Below, piece by piece: positions 1-9,872 of a stretch of 64,000 bases of DNA. The position numbers and the translations under genes were made by a program. The DNA is from Eubacteriales bacterium. GTDB lineage: Bacteria > Bacillota > Clostridia > Oscillospirales > CAG-272. The notes under the pieces were generated by a model that was given only the letters and a program-made list of their open reading frames with translations, made no database searches and was not told the DNA's origin. The stretch spans positions 40,546-104,545 of the forward strand of contig JAZRCT010000054.1 in assembly GCA_045659905.1 (NCBI GenBank). Direction: 5' to 3'. Position 1 is the first letter of the stretch, and each line of letters starts with the position of its first letter.

Positions 1-115
1 CCTTAAGAGCAAGACACGCCTGCGTACCCGCATAGTCAAACTCAGCAGCCTGTCCGATAACGATAGGTCCTGAGCCTATGATAAGGATTTTCTTGAGATC
101 TGTTCTTTTTGCCAT
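1..115 (-). CDS. carB: carbamoyl-phosphate synthase large subunit, N-terminal fragment (runs off window)
   Basis: Reverse-strand ATG at 115. The translation [38 protein letters not shown] matches the conserved CarB N-terminus. It starts 25 nt after the pyrC stop. Confidence 0.85.
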   Translation of the reverse strand, partial: MAKRTDLKKILIIGSGPIVIGQAAEFDYAGTQACLALK

Positions 116-140
116 ATTTAAAATCGTCCTCCGATAAAAA

Positions 141-1349
141 TTATTTTCTGTAAACCGTCTTTCCGTCCTTAACGGTGATATAGTTGACGCCGAGCATTTT
201 CATTCCGCAAAACGGCGTCGCTCTGCCAAGCGAGAGAAATTCGTCGGGATTTACCGTAAACTCCTCGTCGAGCGCCCAAATCGAGAAATCACCCTCGGGA
301 ATGGGAAGCGAGAATCGCCTTCTCGGATTTATACAAAGCAGCTCCTCGAGCCTTTCGAGCGTGATAATTCCCGTCTTTACGAGATAGGTGTAAAGCGCAG
401 GCAGCGCAGTCTCTATTCCCACTACGCCAAATGCCGAGCCCGCAAGCCCCTTGGATTTATCCTCGGCAGAATGAGGTGCGTGGTCGGTGGCAATCATATC
501 TATCGTGCCGTCCTTTACGCCCTCTATAAGAGCCGCTCTGTCCTCTGCCGAGCGAAGCGGCGGATTCATCTTGAAGCGGCCGTCCTCCTGCAAATCCGTA
601 TCCGTTAGAATAAGATAGTGCGGAGCCGTCTCGCAGGTAATATCCAGTCCCTCTCGCTTCGCCTGTCTGATAAGCTCTACGCTCTCCTTTGTCGAAACGT
701 GGCAGACGTGATATTTGCAGCCCGTCTTCCTTATAAGCTCTATATCTCTTTTGATAGGTCCCCATTCGCTCTCCGAAAGAATACCGAGATGTCCGTGCTC
801 ACGTGCGTACTCACCTGCGTGAATATAGCCGCCGTAAAGAAGCGAATTATCCTCACAATGCGCAACTATAATCTTATCAAGCTCCACTGCCCGCTTCATT
901 GCCGCAAGCATAAGCTCCTCACGCTGAACTCCCCGTCCGTCGTCCGAAAAGGCTATCGCTCCCGCCTCAGCAAGCTCCTCCATATCGGAAAGCTCCGTAC
1001 CGAGCTGTCCTTTGGTAATTGAGCCGAGCGGATATACGTCTATAACCGAATCACGCTCGATAATATCAAGCTGAATCCTGAGATTTTCAGCGCTGTCGGG
1101 CACAGGCTTAAGATTAGGCATCGTCATTACCGCAGTGTATCCGCCTCTGGCAGCCGCTCTCGAGCCTGCATAAACCGTCCCTTTATAAGAAAAGCCCGGC
1201 TCACGGAAATGCACGTGCACATCGCAAAAGCCAAGCAAAGCAGTATATTTTTTACCGTCACCGAGAAAATCGGAAAAAGAAGACATAAGCGCTTCGGTAG
1301 CGGGCTTAATGTTTTCGGTGCAAAAGATGTTATGCTTAATCTCTTTCAT
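141..1349 (-). CDS. pyrC: dihydroorotase
   Basis: 402-aa ORF with [10 protein letters not shown] and ATDHAPH metal-ligand motifs of amidohydrolase-type dihydroorotase. A GGAGG RBS lies upstream. Confidence 0.9.
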   Translation of the reverse strand: MKEIKHNIFCTENIKPATEALMSSFSDFLGDGKKYTALLGFCDVHVHFREPGFSYKGTVYAGSRAAARGGYTAVMTMPNLKPVPDSAENLRIQLDIIERDSVIDVYPLGSITKGQLGTELSDMEELAEAGAIAFSDDGRGVQREELMLAAMKRAVELDKIIVAHCEDNSLLYGGYIHAGEYAREHGHLGILSESEWGPIKRDIELIRKTGCKYHVCHVSTKESVELIRQAKREGLDITCETAPHYLILTDTDLQEDGRFKMNPPLRSAEDRAALIEGVKDGTIDMIATDHAPHSAEDKSKGLAGSAFGVVGIETALPALYTYLVKTGIITLERLEELLCINPRRRFSLPIPEGDFSIWALDEEFTVNPDEFLSLGRATPFCGMKMLGVNYITVKDGKTVYRK

Positions 1350-1396
1350 TAGTAAGCTCCTCCCACTTTTTCCGCGCGGTTAAACGCATTTTTTAT

Positions 1397-1425
1397 ATTA
1401 TACCACTACCATTATTATTTGTCAA
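1397..1425 (-). promoter_or_regulatory. sigma-70-type promoter for pyrC-carB
   Basis: On the minus strand the sequence reads TTGACA (1420-1425), a 17-nt spacer, then TATAAT (1397-1402). This is about 45 nt upstream of the pyrC start. Confidence 0.5.
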
Positions 1426-1582
1426 TAATAATTAAGGACAAACTTAACGGTAATATCCTATTTTTTTATGATAATTTTGAACAAATGCCAAAATACACAG
1501 ATTTTCCGTCTTGACTTTAGCAAAAAATTATACTATAATAAAACCGTAAAAACAAACAAAACGAAAAAACGAGGAGAAAGAA

Positions 1583-1873
1583 ATGAACGTCATCGAAAAG
1601 CTTTACGACGAAAACAATGAAGAAAACATTATCCTTTACGACGAAAATGACAAAGCTACCGAATTTGAGCAGCTTGCCCTTATTCCCTACGGCGATTTCG
1701 ATTACGCCGTGCTTCTTCCCGTGACTAAAATCGAAGGCATTGAGGAAGACGAGGTTATGATTTTCAGAATCGACGGCGAGGGTGCTGACGCTGAATTGAA
1801 TCTCGAAGACGACCCCTCTGCGGCAAGCGCTGTTTTCGATTTATTCGTCGAGCTTATGAAGGACGAAGACTGA
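1583..1873 (+). CDS. DUF1292-family small acidic protein
   Basis: 96 aa, with the pattern ILYDENDKATEFEQLALIPYGDFDYAVLLP and an acidic tail typical of DUF1292 (YrzB-like). GAGGAG RBS. TTGACT-17-TATAAT promoter at 1511-1539. Confidence 0.7.
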   Translation: MNVIEKLYDENNEENIILYDENDKATEFEQLALIPYGDFDYAVLLPVTKIEGIEEDEVMIFRIDGEGADAELNLEDDPSAASAVFDLFVELMKDED

Positions 1874-1998
1874 TTTTTTCCGAAATGTCAAATAGAAGCG
1901 GCGGTGTCCTTTTGGCTCAGCCGAAACATAGAAAGAGTGAGGTTGATTTTTTCTTCCTCACTCTTGTTTTTTCGTTATTATTGCTTTCGTCGGACGTA

Positions 1999-2859
1999 TC
2001 ACACCGAGAAGCGTCTTGCGTAGCTGCATTTTTTACACAAGGCTTCTTCGGCACGTTTTTTTGCGAAGCCTTTTTTTATTTTCTCCGCACGCTCGCCGCA
2101 AAGAATCTCTGTGAGCGGCGAATTAAAAATATTTCCAATCGTCATTTCCCCTTCGCTGTCAAGGCAGCAGGGCACGACGCTACCGTCGGCAAGAATTGCT
2201 ACCTGGTCTGAAAGTGCGTGGCAGTATAGGCTCTCACGCTCCTCAGCTTTGCTCTCGGTAGGCCATACGAAGGTATCTCCGTGCTCAAGAAATATGTACC
2301 TTGAGAGCCTGATTCCCTGCCTATGCCGAGCAAAAGGTGCATCAAAATGAGAATAGAGAAATTCCTCTATTGCGGGATTAAAAAGATTTCTTCCCTGAGC
2401 ATCGGCGCTATCCTCGTTCCACAGACGAAAAACCGTGAATATCCCCGAAGCCGCCGCACGCCTTGCAAAATCCACCGAGGACGAAAGATACCCCTCAAGG
2501 TCGTTCATTGAATTTCCCTCGGGTGCGTGAAGCGAAATCGAAACCTTATGTATGATATCCGCATAGGAAATCAGGATATCGCCTCGTGAAGAAAGCAGCG
2601 TGCCGTTAGTGGTAATGCAAATCGGCATACCCTCCTCCCTTGCTATATAAAGCAGCCTATCAAGCTCGGGATGCAAAAGCGGCTCTCCCATCACGTGAAG
2701 ATACACGTACCTTACGTGCCCCTTGCATTTTTGCAAAATTTCCTTAAATTCACTCGGCGTCATTTGGCGCAATTTTCGGCTGGTTTTTGGGCAAAATGAA
2801 CACGAAAGATTACAAATATTGCCTATTTCTACATAAAGTCGCTCTATCAACAGTATCAC
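1999..2859 (-). CDS. radical SAM / SPASM-domain protein, unknown substrate
   Basis: CNLSCSFCP (CxxxCxxC) near the N-terminus. The C-terminus is Cys-rich (VPCCLDSEGE...CKKCSYA) and typical of a SPASM auxiliary cluster domain. GTG start. Confidence 0.8.
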   Translation of the reverse strand: MILLIERLYVEIGNICNLSCSFCPKTSRKLRQMTPSEFKEILQKCKGHVRYVYLHVMGEPLLHPELDRLLYIAREEGMPICITTNGTLLSSRGDILISYADIIHKVSISLHAPEGNSMNDLEGYLSSSVDFARRAAASGIFTVFRLWNEDSADAQGRNLFNPAIEEFLYSHFDAPFARHRQGIRLSRYIFLEHGDTFVWPTESKAEERESLYCHALSDQVAILADGSVVPCCLDSEGEMTIGNIFNSPLTEILCGERAEKIKKGFAKKRAEEALCKKCSYARRFSV

Positions 2860-3034
2860 TCCGCCTTTCTTTTTAATAGCTTAAGTGTGGGGCGCATTAC
2901 AGCTTTATACACCGCTCTTTCGAATCTTATTATAATACAAATAAAAGTGAAAAGCAATAGGCTTTATGCAGTATTTACTTTAAGACTTGCGCTCCTAAAG
3001 CTATTGCAGGCAAGGCTCAAGCTACTCAAAAAAG

Positions 3035-4630
3035 CTACATAAGGGGAGCGAACAGCCTTACCGTATAGCGCACGCACTTTTCAAAAAATCCGAGTGAGGC
3101 CGTGCTTTTCGTAATCTCGACGGAATCTCCGAGCGTCCTCATAAAGCCCTCTCTTACCTCTGAAATTTCCTTTGAGCCGCACGCCCAAATCGCACATTCA
3201 AAATGATGCACGAGGCTTCTGTAATCAAGATTTATAGTACCGATTATAGCAAGCTCTCCGTCGGCTACCAGCATTTTCTCGTGTATAAAGCCACGCTTGT
3301 ATTCAAATATTCTGACGCCCGCATCGATAAGCATTTCATACGAGCCCTTAGTCATAATCTTGACTATTTTCTTGTCAGCGATTCCGGGGGTTATTATTCT
3401 GACGTCGACGCCTCTTGACACCGCACGCCTCAGCGCCTCGGTTAAGTCGTAATCTATAATAAGGTAAGGAGTAGTTATATAGACGAAGCTTTGCGCTCCG
3501 TTTAGCGCATTTATTATCGAAAGCTTTCCCACCTGCTTTGAATATAAGGGCTTAGGACCCGTGCCAAAGGGCATAAGATAACCGTCCTTGCAACGCTCAC
3601 CTTCAGCCTTCTGGAGCTTGCCCTTAGCTTCTTCGGATTTCAAATCGCCTGAATCCCGTGAGCCGCCAAGCAGTGTTTCGTAATCACTTCGCACTCGGGC
3701 GGTAAAATCATACAGCGAGAGAAAAAGAGCTGTAAAGCCCCTTGCTGCCTCGCCAAGCACCATAGCGCCGCCGTCCTTCCAATGTCCGTAAAAGTCCTTG
3801 AGATTTATATACTCGTCGGCAATATTCACTCCGCCCGTAAATGCAAGCTCGCCGTCGACGACAAGCAGCTTTCGGTGGTCACGGTTGTTATGCACAGAGG
3901 TCACCTTTGGTGTCACCCTCGAAAAGCGTAAGCAGGAAATCCCCTCTCGGCGAAGCCTCTTATCAAAACTCCGGGGAAGCCTGCTCATACAGCCTATATC
4001 GTCGTAAAGAATACGTACGTCAACTCCCGCCCCCGCCTTCTTAATGAGCCTTTCGTAAATCCCCTGCCACATAACTCCATCTTCAATAATGAAGTATTCA
4101 AGAAATATAAATTTCTTTGCACTCTCAATTGCGATAAGCATCTCGGAATAAAGCTCCTCCTGAGATGAAAAATACCGAAACGAGCTACCCTTATATATAG
4201 AGCTTAAGGGGTCTGCGCCAAGCAGTGAATAGGCTTGTCCTGAGAGAGCTTTGCTTTCCTTAGCAAGCGAGGAAAGCGCTTTATCCATATCGGCGCTTTT
4301 CATATAAAGCGATATTTCCTCGGTAATTTTCTTCATTCTCAAGGAATCCTGCTTAGACATTCGCCTGCTATAAAATAGGATATATAAAAGCGCTCCGAAA
4401 AGCGGCATAACCAAAACAGCCACAAGCCAGCTTACCTTGAATTCGGGGTTGGCGTCACGGTTTATAAGGCTAAGCACGACAGCAATATCGCAGATTACCG
4501 CAATGCCAAAAATCCAGAAATAAAGATATACAGAGCGCATAATGATATAGGTCATAAGCGCTATGTCCAGCGCTATAACGATAGCGCATATAGTATATCT
4601 TGAAAAAAGAATTCTGCATAGTCTCCTCAT
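3035..4630 (-). CDS. cls: cardiolipin synthase
   Basis: 531 aa with N-terminal TM helices and two PLD HKD motifs (HRKLLVVDG and HEKMLVADG). Confidence 0.9.
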   Translation of the reverse strand: MRRLCRILFSRYTICAIVIALDIALMTYIIMRSVYLYFWIFGIAVICDIAVVLSLINRDANPEFKVSWLVAVLVMPLFGALLYILFYSRRMSKQDSLRMKKITEEISLYMKSADMDKALSSLAKESKALSGQAYSLLGADPLSSIYKGSSFRYFSSQEELYSEMLIAIESAKKFIFLEYFIIEDGVMWQGIYERLIKKAGAGVDVRILYDDIGCMSRLPRSFDKRLRREGISCLRFSRVTPKVTSVHNNRDHRKLLVVDGELAFTGGVNIADEYINLKDFYGHWKDGGAMVLGEAARGFTALFLSLYDFTARVRSDYETLLGGSRDSGDLKSEEAKGKLQKAEGERCKDGYLMPFGTGPKPLYSKQVGKLSIINALNGAQSFVYITTPYLIIDYDLTEALRRAVSRGVDVRIITPGIADKKIVKIMTKGSYEMLIDAGVRIFEYKRGFIHEKMLVADGELAIIGTINLDYRSLVHHFECAIWACGSKEISEVREGFMRTLGDSVEITKSTASLGFFEKCVRYTVRLFAPLM

Positions 4631-4728
4631 TTCAATACCCCCAGTTTAGTAAACAATCATTTGCAAAGTCAAGCTTTAACGTCTGATTAAACAAGAAATA
4701 TCAAAAAGAAAACTATGCAGAAAAAATG

Positions 4729-6150
4729 TTATTTTACTATCTCAACCTTAAGAAGATTGGTAGTACCCGAAAGATTAAGCGGAACTCCCGCTGTGATTAC
4801 CGCACGGTCACCCTCCGCTGCAAGACCTATATTCTTTGCGCAGTCTATTGCGTGTCGGAAGAGGGTATCGGTATCGTTCTGACAAAGTGAAAGCACCGGC
4901 AAAACTCCCCAGGAAAGCGAAAGCTGATGGAAGGTCTTATTCTCGGGGGTTGCCGCAATAATCGGCTGCTCGGGTCTGAATTTTGAAACCCGTCTTGCGG
5001 TATGTCCCGATTTCGTAACCGCAATAATAAGGTCGGCGTCCAAATCCCTTGCGGTGGTAACCGCAGCGTCGCAAAGAGCGTTAGTGATATCACGGAATTC
5101 GTTTTCGTAGCTTATTCCCTTATACACACCAAGCTCGGTAGCGTCACGCTCCGCCTGCTCTACAATCTTAGCCATAGTGCGAATAGCAAGGTCGGGGTGG
5201 TCGCCTGCGGCGGTTTCTCCCGAAAGCATAACTGCACTCGTTCCGTCAAATACGGCGTTTGCAACGTCGGTAATCTCGGCTCTGGTAGGCGTTTCGGAAT
5301 GAACCATTGATTCGAGCATCTGCGTTGCGGTAATTACCATCTTACCCGAGGAATAGCACTTTCTTATAAAGCGCTTCTGTATACCCGGGAGCTTTTCAAA
5401 TTCTATCTCAACTCCCATATCGCCTCTTGCGACCATTATACCGTCGGAATAGCGAAGAATCTCCTCGAAATTTCTTACGCCCTCGTGATTTTCTATCTTA
5501 GCTATAATCTTCACCGAATGTCCGCCGTGATAATCAAGGAAGCGGCGAAGCTCTATTACGTTTTCCTTGCTCGTAACGAAGGACGCCGCAATAAAATCAA
5601 CGTTTTCATTAATTCCAAAGAGCAAATCCTCCTCATCCGCCTTGCTGATATAGGGCATATCGACGTTGACGTTAGGAATATTTATGCTCTTTTTATCGGA
5701 TACCGTGCCTCCTACCTCCACACGGCATACGATATCGGTATCGGTATTCTCCTTCACCGTAAGGCTCACTCTGCCGTCGTCGATAAGGATTCTCGTCCCC
5801 TCCTTAAGCTGACCTACCAGGGGTGCGTAGGAAATCGTCGCCTCGCTTGAATTTCCCATAACCTCTCTTGAGGTAAGGACGAATTTCGAGCCTCTGGCAA
5901 GCTTTGCCTTGCCGCCCTCAAAGCTTCTCAGCCTGATTTCGGGGCCCTTCGTGTCAAGCAGCACCGCTGCGGGAATTTTAAGCTTATCCCTTATTTTTCT
6001 GAAGCGGTCCATCATCTCCTTGTGATAGTCGTGGCTTCCGTGCGAAAAATTAAATCTCGCCACGTTCATACCCGCCTTCAGCATTTTTTCAATCATTTCC
6101 TCGCTCTCGGTAGCAGGACCGAGGGTACATACAATTTTCGTCTTGCGCAT
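4729..6150 (-). CDS. pyk: pyruvate kinase
   Basis: 473 aa. It contains MRKTKIVCTLGPA, MVARGDMGVEI and other canonical pyruvate kinase motifs. Confidence 0.95.
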   Translation of the reverse strand: MRKTKIVCTLGPATESEEMIEKMLKAGMNVARFNFSHGSHDYHKEMMDRFRKIRDKLKIPAAVLLDTKGPEIRLRSFEGGKAKLARGSKFVLTSREVMGNSSEATISYAPLVGQLKEGTRILIDDGRVSLTVKENTDTDIVCRVEVGGTVSDKKSINIPNVNVDMPYISKADEEDLLFGINENVDFIAASFVTSKENVIELRRFLDYHGGHSVKIIAKIENHEGVRNFEEILRYSDGIMVARGDMGVEIEFEKLPGIQKRFIRKCYSSGKMVITATQMLESMVHSETPTRAEITDVANAVFDGTSAVMLSGETAAGDHPDLAIRTMAKIVEQAERDATELGVYKGISYENEFRDITNALCDAAVTTARDLDADLIIAVTKSGHTARRVSKFRPEQPIIAATPENKTFHQLSLSWGVLPVLSLCQNDTDTLFRHAIDCAKNIGLAAEGDRAVITAGVPLNLSGTTNLLKVEIVK

Positions 6151-6193
6151 TTTTTATTTTCTCCGTTGCTTTATATATCCATCAAATTTGGAA

Positions 6194-6913
6194 TTATTCC
6201 TCGCTATGCTCCTCAAAGCGTCCTATGCCGACAAGGTCGTCGACGGGAAGCGAAAATATTACCGCTCCGCCCTCGGTCTTAAGACCGGCCTTATCACGGA
6301 CTGCCTCCATTATAGCGTTCCTGTATTCGTAGGAGGTAAGGAAGAAGACCGTATCGGTTTCCTGCGAGAAGCTCGTGCCTATTTTCTGCTCGGCAGGAGC
6401 GTTATTTACACTCTTAGTATGGAATACGGTAGCTCCCGTAGCTCCTGCGGACCTTGCCGCCTCAATTGCTTCATCGGTATATTTCTGATTTACTACTGCA
6501 ACAACAAGCTCGTGCATAGTGCTTTTCTCCTTTTTAGATACTCGTCTTTTCTTCTCGCCCTCTTTCTCGGGTGACTGCAGAATTGCGCCTGATATAACGT
6601 CGGATACCGAGGTAAGCGGCAGCGTAAAGGCTATTCCCCGTCCTAAAAGATAGAGCCTCAGCGCATGCGCCACCGATAGAAGCACGTTATGCTCGGCAAA
6701 GTCGGGAATAAGCGAAAACACGGTCTTTTTATCAATTTCATTGATACCGAAATATTTAAGATAGTGCGACGACGCAGTGCCGTGCGCCATACCCGAGAAA
6801 TTAAGCGAGGTGCAAACCTCTCCTACCGCCTCGGCAAAGCGCTGCTCGTCTTCCTTGTTGATTATGCCGACGAGAAGCTTAACCCTTTTCGACTTCTGCT
6901 TCCTTGTTGCCAT
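6194..6913 (-). CDS. tandem P-II-like signal-transduction protein (two P-II-like halves)
   Basis: 239 aa. Two halves of about 100 aa are joined by a K/E-rich linker. The second half (HELVVAVVN...GATGATVFH...GGAVIFSLPVDDLVGIG) resembles P-II family proteins. It overlaps the upstream DUF1538 gene by 35 nt. The assignment comes partly from the known DUF1538/P-II gene pairing. Confidence 0.5.
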   Translation of the reverse strand: MATRKQKSKRVKLLVGIINKEDEQRFAEAVGEVCTSLNFSGMAHGTASSHYLKYFGINEIDKKTVFSLIPDFAEHNVLLSVAHALRLYLLGRGIAFTLPLTSVSDVISGAILQSPEKEGEKKRRVSKKEKSTMHELVVAVVNQKYTDEAIEAARSAGATGATVFHTKSVNNAPAEQKIGTSFSQETDTVFFLTSYEYRNAIMEAVRDKAGLKTEGGAVIFSLPVDDLVGIGRFEEHSEE

Positions 6914-8438
6914 AAGCTGCGTATCTCCTCTCTCTGTCGTACTCGTATTCTACGAAATTCTCGCTTACCGAAATAAAGCGCTTTGCATTTTTCTTTGAAT
7001 TTATCCTATAAGCAAGACCGCAAATTTCAATAGCTATTACGGGCGCCATCGCCACAAATGCAACGCAGCCGAAGGCATCGGTCATAACGTCGCCGCCAAG
7101 CACCGAGCAGGCTCCCGTTGCCAAGGGAAGCACGAATGCGCTCATCATAATACCGCTTGCAACTCCGCCCGAATCAAAGGCTATACCCACGAAAAGCTTA
7201 GGTATAAAGAAGGTAAGTCCCAGAGCTATAATATAGCCGGGTATAAGTATATACATAATGGATACGCCCGTAAGTATTCTCATTGCCGAAAGCCCGAGCG
7301 CCGCCGCAACTCCGATTGAAAGTCCAAGTCCCGTGGTCTTTCCCGAAACTGCGCCTGCCGTCATCTGCTCAACCTGCTTATTAAGGACGTAAACCGCAGG
7401 CTCTGCCTTGACTATAAAGAAGCCGAGCAGCATAGCGACGGGAGCAAGCAGCATTCCCGAAAAATTAGATGCAAGCATTTTACCGATTTCTGAGCCCATA
7501 GGCAAAAATCCGACGTTAGCGCCGGTGAGGAACACCGAAAGACCAATCACCACATAGACGAATCCGACGGCAATTCTGATAATCTGCTTTTTGGAGAAGC
7601 TTCTCGTCGAAAGCTGGAACAAAAGGAAGAATACAACCATAGGGCTTATCGCAATAAGCACCTCGGGCGTGTGATCGGCAAGACCGTGAAGATATGCGGT
7701 AATGCAGTCACGGGTAGTATCCACCGCAGGAATCTCAACCGGCACGTATTCTCCGCCCGATGCCTTTACTATAATTCCAAGCACCAGCACCGCTATAATA
7801 GGTCCTACGCTCGCAAGCGCCGTAAGACCGAAGGAATCTCCGCTCGAGCCTCGCTTTGAACGCATAGTAGATACGCCTGCGCCGATTGACATAATAAAGG
7901 GAACGGTCATAGGTCCTGTCGTAACTCCGCCCGAATCAAACGCCAGCGGTCTGAAGCTTTCAGGCAGGAAAAACGAGAGTGTAAATGCCGTTATGTAAAA
8001 TATTATTAGCAAAATATTGAGGTCAATACCAAAAACGATACGCAATACTCCAATAAGAAGGAATATACCTACGCCTACCGAAACCGTGAGAATAAGAAGC
8101 ATATCGTCGAGCCCCGGCACCTGGCTTGCAAGTATCTTGAGGTCAGGCTCGGACACCGTAACTATAATGCCTATAATGAAGCTTACAAGAGCCATAAGCC
8201 ATACCTTGCCCGAGGACGCCATCGAAGCGCCGACCTTATTACCGAGAGGCAGCATAGACATCTCCGCTCCGAGCGTAAACACGCTCATTCCAAGCACGAG
8301 AAGCGCAACACCTATTATGAAAAGCAATAAATACTCCGAATTTATCGGAAGTATCGTAAACGCCAGCGCAATAACTATAAGCGCAATCGGCATTATAGAC
8401 TGCACGGCCTCTAAAAGCTTTGAGCGCATCTGATTCAT
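6879..8438 (-). CDS. DUF1538-family polytopic membrane protein (internally duplicated)
   Basis: 519 aa and highly hydrophobic. The two halves each carry AFDSGGV(T/A)(T/S)G(P/I)M, the signature I associate with DUF1538. Confidence 0.6.
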   Translation of the reverse strand: MNQMRSKLLEAVQSIMPIALIVIALAFTILPINSEYLLLFIIGVALLVLGMSVFTLGAEMSMLPLGNKVGASMASSGKVWLMALVSFIIGIIVTVSEPDLKILASQVPGLDDMLLILTVSVGVGIFLLIGVLRIVFGIDLNILLIIFYITAFTLSFFLPESFRPLAFDSGGVTTGPMTVPFIMSIGAGVSTMRSKRGSSGDSFGLTALASVGPIIAVLVLGIIVKASGGEYVPVEIPAVDTTRDCITAYLHGLADHTPEVLIAISPMVVFFLLFQLSTRSFSKKQIIRIAVGFVYVVIGLSVFLTGANVGFLPMGSEIGKMLASNFSGMLLAPVAMLLGFFIVKAEPAVYVLNKQVEQMTAGAVSGKTTGLGLSIGVAAALGLSAMRILTGVSIMYILIPGYIIALGLTFFIPKLFVGIAFDSGGVASGIMMSAFVLPLATGACSVLGGDVMTDAFGCVAFVAMAPVIAIEICGLAYRINSKKNAKRFISVSENFVEYEYDRERRYAAYGNKEAEVEKG

Positions 8439-8600
8439 TCTACTACCCCCTGTTTTCTATTTTATCGCTTTTTACAGTGCGGAGCTTATGGGCTTTCTTA
8501 ATTTTATTCCCATACCTCCCCAATTATAATTCTAACATATTATATTAGCTTTTTCAAGTTAATTTTCGGTAAACTTTTCTCTTTTTAGAAAAAAGAATAA

Positions 8601-8655
8601 CCGCAGGGTAAGATGCCAGCTAAAGCACGTATCCCTGCGGTCTTTTCTCGGTTTT
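8601..8655 (-). terminator. intrinsic terminator after icd
   Basis: The minus strand reads CCGCAGGG, a 24-nt loop, CCCTGCGG, then TTATTCTTTTTT. Confidence 0.6.
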
Positions 8656-8667
8656 TTCTCTTTATTA

Positions 8668-9843
8668 TTAAAGCGACTTTAAGGTCTGCATTACGTAGTC
8701 GCCGAAATCACGGCAGGTAGCGCCGGTATCTCTGCCCGTAATCACGAGCTTCTTTTCCTCGAACATACAGATATCGAGCGCACGCTCAAGCTTTGCCGCT
8801 CTGTCACCGTAGCTGATATGATTAAGAAGCATTACGCAGGCTCTGAGCATCGAGCAGGGATCCGCATACTGCGCTCTGCCTTCGTTTACCATACGGGGAG
8901 CTGAGCCGTGTATAGCCTCGAACATTGCGTACTTCTTGCCTATATTAGCGCAGCCCGCAGTGCCTACGCCGCCCTGGAATTCCGCAGCCTCGTCCGAAAT
9001 GATATCGCCGTAAAGGTTAGGAAGAAGAAGCACCTGGAAATCCTTTCTTCTTTTCTTGTCAACGAGCTTTGCAGTCATAATGTCTGCATACCACTCGTCG
9101 GTGGTGATTTCGGGGTAAAGGTCGCCTACCTTGTGGCAATCCTCAAGGAAATTTCCGTCGGTGGTCTTGATTACGTTAGCCTTAGTAACGAGCGAAACTC
9201 TCGTCATATTGTTCTTCTTGGCGTAATCGTAAGCAAGCCTTGCAATTCTGTCAGAGCCCTGCTTCGTGGTGATAGTAAAGTCAACCGCTAGGTCCTCAGT
9301 AACGTTGAAGCCCGACGAGCCTACCGCATAGCCGCCCTCGGTATTCTCACGGAAGATAACCCAGTTAATACCCTCCTCAGGCACCTTTACGGGACGGATA
9401 TTCGCAAAAAGGTCAAGCGCCTTTCTCATAGCAACGTTAGCCGATTCGATATTAGGCATACCGCTTCCCTTCTGGGGCGTTGTGGTCGGGCCCTTAAGAA
9501 TTACGTCGCACGAAAGAAGCTCTGCCATTACGTCGTCGGGGATAGCCTTGTTCTTGGCAATTCTATTCTCTATGGTAAGTCCGTCAATGGTCTTAAACGC
9601 AACCTTTCCGCAGGCTTCAAGGTCGGAAAGCACGAAGCGAAGCACTCTTTCGGCCTCTGCGCTGATAGTCGGACCGATGCCGTCGCCGCCGCAGATACCG
9701 ATTTTTATCGTATCAAGCTTTTCGTAGTCGGTAAAATCGCCCTGAGCCTTCATATCCTCAACTCTTACAAGCTGCTTTTCGAGAATCGCACGGAATTTAG
9801 CGCACGCCTCATCAAGATTTTTTCCATAATTCGTCATATCCAT
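8668..9843 (-). CDS. icd: isocitrate dehydrogenase (isocitrate/isopropylmalate dehydrogenase family)
   Basis: 391 aa with GGDGIGPTI, IFRENTEGGY and LLPNLYGDIISD family motifs. The isocitrate specificity is inferred from the operon with aconitase and citrate synthase. Confidence 0.75.
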   Translation of the reverse strand: MDMTNYGKNLDEACAKFRAILEKQLVRVEDMKAQGDFTDYEKLDTIKIGICGGDGIGPTISAEAERVLRFVLSDLEACGKVAFKTIDGLTIENRIAKNKAIPDDVMAELLSCDVILKGPTTTPQKGSGMPNIESANVAMRKALDLFANIRPVKVPEEGINWVIFRENTEGGYAVGSSGFNVTEDLAVDFTITTKQGSDRIARLAYDYAKKNNMTRVSLVTKANVIKTTDGNFLEDCHKVGDLYPEITTDEWYADIMTAKLVDKKRRKDFQVLLLPNLYGDIISDEAAEFQGGVGTAGCANIGKKYAMFEAIHGSAPRMVNEGRAQYADPCSMLRACVMLLNHISYGDRAAKLERALDICMFEEKKLVITGRDTGATCRDFGDYVMQTLKSL

Positions 9844-9872
9844 TTTTATTTACCTCTTTTCTTTTTTAACCG

